Both the position numbers and the translations under genes were made by a program. A stretch of DNA of 36,985 nt from NCBI GenBank assembly GCA_900088475.1, contig FLMG01004170.1:1-36985 (forward strand), given 5' to 3'. Below the pieces are notes generated by a model, which ran no database searches, had not been told where the DNA came from, and saw only the letters and a program-made list of their open reading frames with translations. This document shows, piece by piece, positions 10,847 through 21,400 of the stretch. The DNA comes from Hyphochytrium catenoides (lineage: Eukaryota; Protista; Hyphochytriomycota). Numbering within the stretch: the first letter of the stretch is position 1; every line of letters begins with the position of its first letter.

Positions 10847-11229
10847 CTTCTTTTATAGCCTTGAAGTATGGGGTAGCAGTCCTTGTTCACAGCCGTGTTT
10901 GTGGCGAACGGATAGTCTGACTAACCCCTGGCGCACTAGGATAGCAGCAGGACGTGTGGGTGTCCTGAGCTTGTGACCAATATAAAGAAATTTGGATTGT
11001 GACCGTCGAAGAGCCGCCGCAGCTTTCGTCCTTTGGTTGGCGTTGCCTGTTGCGTGCCATTGGCATTAGCTAGCTCAAGGTTACCAGCAAGAGTACTACT
11101 TCAATCAGTAGACTTTGTCTCGGAGAGCTGCTCATCATTCACAAGTTGGAGTTAAACTAGACAACACGAGTGCTGATGCAGTAGAATTGTTAGGAATAAT
11201 TGAAAAGCTTCTCCATCCCGAAAAGGGAA

Positions 11230-12727
11230 GCAGAAATGTCGGGCAAAAGACGTGCAGGGAAATGAGAAGTGCCAGAAGAGCAGAAGTTTACATTAGCAAG
11301 AAAGAAAAGCCAGGAAGATGTGGAACTACCACGTATCCTTCGCAAGGCGTATGGTGGATCGTACTTACAATGCATTTGGCAATGGTTTCTTGTCAATGAC
11401 CCTGGTCCTCTGAGCTGCTCTTTCTGATGCGTTCACACTACTCAACAGCCTTACACTTCTTTCTGCTGTACACAGAGACCGTCAGAAGTGCAGAAAGGGG
11501 AGAAGTGCAGGGAGAAGGAAAAGCCAGAAAGAGCTGGAACTACGGCGCATCCTTCGTCAATTATAACGTAAGAAGGTGGGTTGTAGAACTATAGTGCATT
11601 TGGCCATGCTTGATCCATGGCCCTGGTGCTCCGGAGTTATCCTTTCTGAAGCACTCACTCACTACTCAACTCAAACAGAGTCTTTACACTCCGCTGTACA
11701 TGGAAAACCTCTCACAAGTGCTGAAGCGACTACGCTCGACAAAAATTTTGGAGCTACTGGCTGTCGCTTATTACCCTTGGATGCTCTAGGAATAATCGAG
11801 CGAACTTTCTTCTTCTTATCCTGGTAGAGCACCCAGCCCACCCTTACTACTCGCTTCCATCTTTTGATTGATCGAAGAGTGCAGTCAACATTCGAGGAGT
11901 GTATGATAAGTGTAAGAAGAGCAACAATATTGGGAAGACGAAGAGATGTGCGGGCCAACGAGAAGTGCATGGGAAGACGAGAAGTGCAGGGGAGAAAGAG
12001 AAGGCCAAAACGAGCTGGAACTACTGTGCATCCTTCATCAGTTGCGCTATGGTGAGTCGTACTGTGCAGTTTGCTACGGCTTCATTGTCAATGGCCCTAG
12101 TCCTCTGAGATATCCTTTCCGATGCAGTCAGACACTAGAACTACTCAAGAGAATTGCACTACTGCCGTTCAGTGAGACCTTGACAAGTGCGCTCGCCGAA
12201 ATTTTGGAGCTTCTCGCTGTCCCTTATAAACCACTGGATGCTATAGGAATAATCAACGGGGACCCTTCTTCTTATCCTGGTAGAACACCAGTCCGACCCT
12301 TAATACTACTATCACTACTAACAGAAAAAAATGCATAACAGAGGAAGATGAGAAATGCATGAGAAGACGAGATGTGCAGGAAGGAAGAAAAGTCACAACG
12401 ATCTGGAACTACTTGGATCCTTCATCAGCTGTGCTATGGTGGGTCGATTTGTGCATTTTGTTACTGCTTCTTTGTCAATGGCCCTAGTCCTCCGAGCTAT
12501 CCTTTCTGGTGCAGTCACACAGGATGGCTACGAGACCTTGACAAGTGCGCTCGCGAAAATTTATGAGCTGCCAGCTGCCGCTTAGTACCAGGGGAAACTA
12601 TAAGAATAATCTACGGGGACTTTCTTATTCTGCTAGAGCACCAGGCCCAGCCTCACTGCTAGACAGTTTCTCTGCTTCAAACTTTTGGTTGGACGACAAG
12701 TGTAGTCAACCTTCGGGAGTGTCTAGG
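11230..12727. repeat. Diverged tandem array of four units of about 0.26-0.44 kb (about 11230-11490, 11490-11930, 11930-12340, 12340-12727)
   Basis: Each unit has gagaagtgc(a)..., tggaactac...atccttc, tgca.tt, c(a/c)atg.ccct.gt.ctc and ctttc.g. Units 2-4 also share acaagtgc, aaattt..gagct, gaataatc and tcttat.ctg.tag. A partial unit lies upstream (ttaggaataat at 11190). Confidence 0.88.
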
Positions 12728-13599
12728 TATTATTTTGAAAGTGGAATTAGGGTTATCATCTTCTTCTTTTATGGCTGTAGGGGTGGTGAGGCCTCCAGTG
12801 AGGTTATTACATTGCCACCACCACCTTCACCTTGGGGAGGCAACAGAAGTGCTAGCAAGAGGATGTACCACCAATTTGTTTAGTTAGAAGAACTACCTTT
12901 GAGATTCTATTATTATTGCCGCCCACGGCCCAGCACTTCGCTGTTATTTCATCTTACTCCTGTTCTACCGTGCTTGTAGTTCTACTGGCGTCTCATGATC
13001 GAGTGGTGGATGGAACAACTACGGTTCTGCTACCTTTTACTCGGCTACTATTATGTTAGAGACCAAGGAGAAGAAAGGCTGATTGATTATTAGTGCGTCG
13101 GACGCTGTCCCCACTACGCCTCGACAAGCAATCACCGGCAAAAAAACGTCGAAGCGGTTGCTTCCGATGAGACGCAGGCTGTTGCAGCAAAGTTGGAAGT
13201 GTTCCTCATCGTCGAGCAGGAAGACCCCTCACTCTTCATGACGTGGTGGAAGGAGACGACATGGCAGCCCAGATCAGTGGCAGTAGTCTTGGTCTCTTCC
13301 ACTTTTTGTTCTCTATCATTATTATCAAGACAGGAACGGAAGGAATATAGTTCATTCTTCCTCAGCAACAATCGAGAGGGAGAAGGGGTAGAAAAGGTAC
13401 TCGAACGAACATTCATCGCGCTTGTTGACCAGACAGCTAGAAAGAGAAGAAGAGTGAGTGCAACTTTTATTTCACCCATCGTAAAGAGCGTAAAGCCACC
13501 ATCGTTATCAAAGGCGGCATCAATGTCAGTCTTATTAGCTCAATTTAGGAGTTAAGGCCACGATGCAAGCCATTAGCAGGATATTAGCTTGTCTTACGT

Positions 13600-14420
13600 G
13601 ATTCCTCCATAGTTAGCTCAAAGTATCCCGCTAACCTCGTCACCTTCTTCCGAACTCCAATCAGAAGCCTGGAGATTTGGTGGCTCGTGGCTTCTCAACT
13701 TCCTATCATACACGGCCTTTGATGTGTCCGCAGGAACCCACGCCGTTTGTCTGAGAACGCGAACTTAATTGACGTACAAGGGTCCTTAGTCAAGCTGTGG
13801 GGCTGCAGGTAGTGCCGGTAGTTTGGGAGTCTTTCGGTGGAGCTATGCCGGTCCTGGACTGTCTGGTGGACCAACTTGTGAAGCCTCAGTGTGATCCTCT
13901 GCTCTTGATGCTTCTCGCCATCAGGTCATTGGTCTCGCCTCCTGGCGATGGCTTTACGCCTTCATACCAGAGTCGCTTTGGCCATTCATAAAGAAAATTG
14001 CGCTTTAGATTCTGAAGCACATTCCTCTCACAGCAGTTGAACCCTTTTTCTCTTGCTTGCCTAGCTGAGCATGATGATGATGGTCTCGGTTGCTGCAGCT
14101 TCACCCCTCCTCCTCCTTCTTCCCTATCGTTAATACAGAGGCAGTCAGCCAGGATTCGTTCCTTTATGATAAGGAGTGTGGCAAGGATAGAAGTGATGAA
14201 GAGGAGACCAAGGCCTTGTAGCTCTTATTGTCTCTTCTTCTTCCTCTCTTTTTCTCGTTCTTCTCCGTTTCTTCTTGTTCTCTTGCTTTTTCTTTGAGCA
14301 ATAGTTATCGCTATCGGCAAAATAGATGATAATGGTGGGAGAGAACGTGTTGAAGAAGAGTCCAGGACTATGTACTTCTTGTCTCTTCTTCTTCTTCTTT
14401 TTCTTCCCGTACTTCTTGTT
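13600..14420 (+). mobile_element. Longest 3' remnant of the CRE-like element: endonuclease domain, 3' UTR and duplicated (TTC)n tail
   Basis: Reads LKVSR*PRHLLPNSNQKPGDL (PD-type motif), then AFDVS, VPVVWESFGG and RLHTRVALAIHK. The tail block at 14165-14250 is repeated at 14325-14410. Confidence 0.78.
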
Positions 14421-16822
14421 ATAGGTAACTTTGCTCCTCTAGCAGTACTAGTAGCTAACTAAAACAAAAAGACCAAAACCAGAGAAGGAAAGATAAGAAC
14501 CCGACAAGGAAGAAGAAAAAACACTAGACGGCACTACTAACAGAGAAGCCCTCCAGCAGCAGCTCCAGGAAGCTGACCCAGGACCGCCGTCTCGATCTGC
14601 TGCACTGGCTGAGGTAGTCTATGGAAAACCATCTACAGCATTACATCGTTGGAGGAGGACCGAGATCCCTCTGTAGGTGGTGGCTGTAAGCGTAGAAAGA
14701 GGGAGACCCACAACACTCCCGCACCTGTCATCAGAGATGGCCCTAATAAGCCATTCTTTCAGCAGCGTGGAATGAACTTCTCCGTGGCTCCACATACGGA
14801 CTCCCACGCCAAGGGACGAAAACCGTAGGCTTGCTCTGCGCACTCCTCAGCGTAGGGGGAAAGTTCCTCCTATGCGCATGCTTCGCGACGTACCCTGTCT
14901 GAGACTGAGCCGCTGTGCATGGCGTTATGTGTTAGAGGATTGCAGCGTGTCAGACACTGTAGTTGTTGAACCCTTTTCTTCCAAGAGGATCTCTATGGCA
15001 AGGAATACTCTTCTTTCTTGATTCCTTGTCCTACTTTCTTTCTTCATCAGTTTCTCTAAGAATTAACTCTTACTTCAAACATTTTTCTCTTTCCGACTTT
15101 ACTTCTTCCCTTCCTTCTGACCACCAATTTATTGCCGATTCATCACTTTTCTGATACCACGGATCCCTTGGTGACCATCATTCAATGATCTCTGACACTC
15201 TCTGTGCTCTCTCTTCCTCAGAGTGTTGTTTCTTCTCTCTCTGTTTTCACATCTCATGCATATCAACTTCATAGCTTTGCATACTTTAAGCTTTATAGTA
15301 CTTAGGGACTTCTCGTCTATCAAACTCGCCTCGAGCTCATAATCTTCATGCCTCTCATTCTTCCTGCTATAAGGAAAGAAGAGCTTCCAACCAACTCTGC
15401 CATCTCTTCAGTAGTAACGTCGAAGAGCTACTTGTACTATTTACTTATTTGTTACTATTTATATTGACCACTCTTAGAAAGAACTGCTACTACTTTTTAT
15501 TGACCACTTTTAGAAAGCTCTTACTACTAGAAAGCATTAAAGAGTACTACTACAAATCTCTATACTACCCTACTATTTATAAAAATAAACGTATTAGCTC
15601 TTGTTATTCTAAAGGTCTTATTAAGGTCTATACTAAAACCTCTGGACTGCGGCTCCTCTCCTCCATCGTCGGATCTGCTGCAGTTGTTGCTAACTGCTGC
15701 TACTAGTTCTACTGTTATTATTAGTTGTAGAGTTACGACTCGTACCTGTCACTCTTCCATTTCGGTAACCACCGTTTGGGTGGTAGGGGTGAGGAGTTCT
15801 AGGCTTCTTGTACGTACAAGTTCTCAGTAGTTCTCAGTAACCATGTACGGAGGGAATAATAGAAGGATTACATTGAGCTCAGTCCTCCCCCAGGTGAAGC
15901 ACCTGGTGTGTCAGGGTTGCACCTGGATCCTGAGATCTTCTCGCAGTGATGACATAGGACTATTCCTTCTGTTTTTCTCTCAATGATGGTCGCCTTCTTT
16001 CTCTTCTTCACTCTTCTTCCTTGGCAGCAGCAGCAGCAAGAGATGCTGCTGATGATGATGGATGATGCACTCCTTCTCCTCTGTCCTCCTTCCTCCGCCC
16101 GTCATCGCTGAAGCCCCGCCCGTCGCTGGCCCACCACCCGTCCCACCCCGCTTTCTTGCGGCTGCTTTGCTTCATTGTCTTGCTCCTGTGCCAGCAGGAA
16201 GAAGGCCTCTGTGCGGTGGAGCGAGGCTGAAGCTGATTCTTAGGTTCTGGCATCGTCTCTGTTTGCTGCGTGATAGCGGACACCCTCGTCGATTGGGTTT
16301 GCCTGTCGTTCTTCCTTCTTCCTCCATCATCGTGGTAGGTGGCCTCTTCTGTTGTCTCCCTCCCTTGATTGTTGTCTCGATGTCACATCATCAGTGTTGA
16401 GGAGGGCCGCCAGGAGCAGGATAACCTATGTGGGTACTACTTCTTGGTAGATGGTAGTAGTGACATCATCTCTTAACTGCTGCTTCGGGACCATCACAAT
16501 CTAAACTGTTCGTGGCATTGACCTAAGTGTTCAAGGACAGAGCCCAGAGTTAGGGTCAACACTGGAAGGGAAAGAAGAGGAAGAGAACGAAAAAAAGTCC
16601 TCTGTTCTTCTCTTCTTTCTCTTGTCGCACCCAAGTCTTACAAGTCGAAGGGCCGGCCAAAGAGGTTCATCTTCCCACCCGTCCGCCGCTGCCAGTGGAC
16701 GACAAATGGTCTTCTCTCGTGTGCTAAACGTCATTAACTCGTTACTACTGTCGCTATCTCCGTCAGCAACGTCCTCCTCCCCATCAACTTGCTCTTCCTC
16801 TGCTTTCCCTAGCTCAAGCACC

Positions 16823-18159
16823 ATGCCGAAGAAGCTTAGCGCTCTGGAGTTCTATGGCAATTATTATGGCCACACCGTTGAACACTTAGAAGTCGTTCTC
16901 TCTCATTTTGGAAGGGAAAGTGACGAGCAGCAGAAGAGTTGTCTTGAAAGAGGAACTGCTAGACGTGAGGACGGCGCCCGAGACTCCAATCGTTCCATCA
17001 TCTTTTTGGTCGGAGACTCATCGTTGGACAACAAGCACTGGCTCTTTCCCGGGTATATGAAGACAGGGGAAAGGGTGATGTTTGACTCAAGCTTCACGGC
17101 TGACGCTCCTGCCCAATATAAAGAAGTTTTGCAGCCCGCAAGGGCAGTGAAGGTGCATTAACTGGAATAAGAAAGATAGGACTCTGTTGGTTCATCCGTG
17201 AAAGTTTCTCTTCGTGCTCTCGTTGTCTGTCATCATCATCAAAGCCGTGTTGCCTATCGCAACCGCTTTAATGCGCCATTGCTCCTCTGCGCCTTGCCTT
17301 CGTTGTACCAGACCTCTCTCTTCAAATGACCTATTGGCCTACGGCCACGATAGAGCAGCTGTAAGGCTGGCTCTAGCCGCACGCTTTCTTCTGGGTTTCT
17401 TCCTCTACACCATGCTCTTGCCCATTAACTCCAATAGTACCCACTCACGCTCCACTCTCTCGTCTGCAGGACGTTGCTTACTGGTTGAACGCCATGTCCG
17501 CGGAGACGCCTGGCATTGCAGTCATCAATGCCGCCGTGGAAGAGTCAACACTTGCTGATCGTTCTGTCTCTCTTCTAGATCAGGATGAGGTCGTCCGTGC
17601 CTCTCTACGGAAGGACGATATCCTCATTGTCTCTATCGGAGGAAACGACATTGCTCTTCGTCCCTCTCCTGCCACCCGTCGTAATCTCGGGCTCCTAATG
17701 CAGTCTCCTCTCTCCTTGATAGAGACAGGAGATGCTCCGGGGCTGAATTACTTCACAACGATGTTCCACAAGGACATCGAGAGATATCTCACTCGTCTCA
17801 CGGACCAACAGAAGCCCAAAGCGATTCTTGTCTGTATGATATACTATCCTGACGAGAAGGGAAGAGGAAGCTGGGCTGACGCGTCCCTCTCTCTCCTGGA
17901 TTACGAGGACCATCCTCAAAAGCTCCAGCTTATTATTAGAAAAGTCTTTGAGCTTGGGACAAGCCGCGTGAGATTAGAGGGAACAAGCGTGCTTCCTGTC
18001 CCTCTCTATGAAGTGCTGGATGGTAAAGATCCTGGGGACTATGTAGCTCGTGTGGAGCCGAGCGTTGAAGGAGGAAGGAAGATGGCGGAGCTCTTTCTGA
18101 GGTACATCAAGCAAGGAGAAGAGATGCGCAAGGCAGAAGAGAAAGCGAGAGAGTCTTAA
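16823..18159 (+). CDS. SGNH/GDSL-like hydrolase, 2 exons (16823-17152, 17470-18159); possible upstream in-frame ATG at 16706
   Basis: The junction AAG|gtgcat...ctgcag|GAC joins AVK to DVAYWLN in phase 0. Motifs are block I LVGDSSLDN, block II NAAVEEST, block III IVSIGGND, and DYVARVEPS at the block V position. Confidence 0.82.
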
Positions 18160-18436
18160 GCACCCAATGTTTGTTCTTGTTCCTAACTCTCCGAGTGGGA
18201 CTGTCCTGTTACATCTAGCCCTTATTTCTTGAGAGGCGAAGAGAGAGAAAGGCACCCCAACGTGCAGTAGGGATTAGAGGCAGCAGAAGGAAGAGATGGG
18301 GATGGAGAGAGAGAGAGACTACCTTCCCATCAAGGCGATGGCTAAGAAGGATATCAAAACAAATGCATTAACTGTACCAAAATAAGGAAATATGACTACT
18401 TCCCGCGCTGTCTTTTCTCCTGGTTCCGCATCCTCT

Positions 18437-21400
18437 TTAACGTCTCAGATCACTGAGATAGCGGAAAGCCACAAAAATCTTGCTCTCTAGCTCTTCTCCC
18501 CTCTCATTCTGGAGGTGGAACTTGCGCGCCTTTCTTCGCCTTAGCACGCCTTCGACCACTTCCTTCGTCATTGCAACCTCCAATCCTTCCTGCACATCTC
18601 GAGAGAGGGGAGCTTCCTCGACTGTTTGTGCAAGAGGTGGACGCGTCTCTCCTTCTCCTGCAGGAGCGTCTTGCTCTTGGTTGGACTCTAACATAGCGCC
18701 GCTCTCTCCTTGCTCCCACTTTCGGTTCCGCTCTTCATTTGTCTCACTCTCGTTTTGTCTCTCCTCTTCCGGGCCTGAAGCAGCAGCCTTCTTTTCCTGG
18801 TCACTCTCTTCACCCGTCTTCTCCTCCTCTTCTGGTGGGTTGTTCTCTTCCTCATCCTCATCCTCGCTGTCATTTTCCGTAGACTTTGACGAGGTTCGGA
18901 GCTTGTCTTCTCTCTCCCTTCGTTGCTGTACAACTGTTTCTACGAGGTTCCTGCGCTCTATCTGGGAGGCGAAGTCTGCTTTCTTCTTCTTGTCCTTCTT
19001 AGTCGCGTGTATTTTGCTCACTGCCAGCGCGGCGGCGCGGTGGTCCTCCTTATCAGCTAAAGCAGAGATAGAGCATTCACGAAACTCTTCAAAGATCTCT
19101 TGCAAGGGCTTCGTAATCTGTCCCAATAGGACCTATAGGAGACGGCAGCAGCAGAACAGAATGGATCGTCAGTGCCATATTAACAGAGGTAGAGACATAG
19201 CAGAGCCAAACGAAGGCGAGCAACATGGACGATCTGTTATCTTTTGAAAAACGAGAGGAGAAGGCGGCGGGCCACGTATAGAATGGAAAAGGCCAAGACG
19301 AAAGTCAATGAGGTGGCCCTACCTTAGGCTGCAGCGGTCTTTCATCGTAGACCTTGATCATCACTTCTGCCTTGGCAGAACGGATGTCAAAGGTAACAGC
19401 CTCATTCCACTCAGGAGACTTGCTCCGGATCTTCCTTGTTTTGAAGGTCTCAACCGTCCTCCACTTCTCTTCCTCGAGCTGATGAGGAGCAGGCTCCCGT
19501 AGGAAGAGACGAATCCTCGCGTGCGGTGCGGTAGAGGATGGAGAGAGGGCCACAGCTTTCCATAAGACGACCTCCAACTTTGTGATGACGTTCGTCTCTG
19601 AAAGAGGTTTCAAGGCTTGTTGCTCTCCAACAAGAGCACGGGAGGGCCGGCGAGGTCCCTAAATAGAGAGAGGAAGAGAGAACATCAAATGCAAGGAAGG
19701 AGGTGGAGCAGAGGTCATTGCCTGAACAGGCTCCTCCACTAGCTCGGCAGGATTTGCTTTTCAAACAGACGTTTTCTCGATCTCTGTTGGTATCCCTCTC
19801 TTCTCCTATCTTCCTGCTTCCTCTGCAAGTTCCGTACGCCTTCATACCTCGTGACGCGTATCATCCATGAGATGAATCGTGCTATCGACAGACTTAGCCA
19901 CTTTCTCTCCAGCGCCAAGAATGCCTACGAATGGACTAGCAGCAAAGGTAACTAGGCCCTTGGCTGTGCCCTTGATCGCTCCTTTGGCGCCTTCTTGCTT
20001 CATGCCTTGCAGCGGCTGTTCAACCAACTTGCGAGCGCCATAACGGATCGACTTGGCGAATACCTGCATGGAAGGAATAGAGTTGCAGATTAGGGTCCCC
20101 CATCCAAGACAACATCTTGTCCGTAGATAGGCGTTTAGATATCCTGCTTGCTAAGAGTATAGAGGCATCCAGAGCTTGCACAGAGTCAGAAGGTGTCCGC
20201 TTACCTCGCCACCTTGCTTGAAGCCCTGGCCCAAGTGCTTGGGCTCCTCTGGTCCTTCTTGGTTCTCGAAGTAGGTCACACGCTTGACGGCATCTCCTAG
20301 TCCGTTTGTTGCTTTGCCAATGGCGACGGAAGGGGCTCCTATTATAGTCTGGAGGAGGATCTTTGCCCCTTCTCCCTTCTTGTCACTCTTGCCAGTAATT
20401 TCCCGGCCCGTTTGCCGGACAAAGCGTTTAAAGCCAGAGGCCACCTGTGTGACGAACAACAACGGAGAAAGAATAATGAACAAGGGTATCAACGACAGGA
20501 AGGCGCTTAGATGCGGGAGGAGGATGACATAGAGACATTGGAAAGGAGCAGAATGGCGTCCCCGCCGGCAGGGGTACTCTCAGAGAGGTGCTGATGCCCA
20601 AGTAGGGCAAACATCGCGGAAGGGCTCTGGCGCAGGGGCGGCAAATACTCAGCATTATGATAGGAGACAAAGACTTACATCATGGACAAATCCCATAGGA
20701 TCTCCCAGGAGCTCCACACTGCCAACAACCTTATACCATTGTCCCAGAAGCTGGTAGATAAACTTCCACGCCAGATCCATACCAAGGCCATCCGGAGAGA
20801 AGAAACGGGAGCGGTACGCAATGTCTCTGAAGTGGAAGGACGGCGTGATATGTGCGATGCCACCGATCATGTTTGCTATGGTTGCTGGCAGGAACTGCTG
20901 CAAAGCTGCAAACCAAGAAATGGGGAAGGCAGGATAGGTTAAGCTTGACAAAAGGCATCAAAGCATAAACGAAATGCTTGTAGGGGAGCCCGAAGCACAC
21001 AGCGGAAGAGTGGAAGAGAGAGATCAGTTCACCAGAGAGCTCATCCCGGTCCCAGGGACGTAACGAGTGCGTCTTTCGACCAGAGTGAGTGGATTATTGT
21101 TGCACACTTACCAGACTCATTGTTCTCAGGGTCAGAGAGGAAGACGAGATCGAAGTCAAAGGCTTTAAGGAAGAGTGCGTTGATGTACAGCTGCCTTCGG
21201 CTCACTTGAGGATCAGCCTTCACTGCCTTTCGCATGGCGAACTCACGACAGGTAGATTGCCCTGGATGACCAGAGAGATTGAGCGTCATAGACGTGAGAC
21301 GTAGCAGAGGGAGGTTAAAAGTGTCCTTTTGGAACCACTAGGCTACACGCCCAGACTTCTCCTTAACAAACTCATAAAAGTAACCGCAGGAAGGAGCACA

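Noticed and set aside
11230-12727. CRISPR-like array
   Set aside because: The units are long and homologous along their whole length, with no identical short repeats separated by unique spacers. The context is eukaryotic and has no cas genes.
12750-16500. Short ORFs at 13132-13555, 14619-14843, 15449-15706 and 16062-16400 as genes
   Set aside because: They have no recognisable motifs or splice-consistent structure and lie in decayed, low-complexity repeat-like DNA.
1-16600. Intact endogenous giant virus or active transposon
   Set aside because: No capsid, polymerase, packaging ATPase, integrase or intact RT/transposase ORF is recognisable; only decayed fragments are present.
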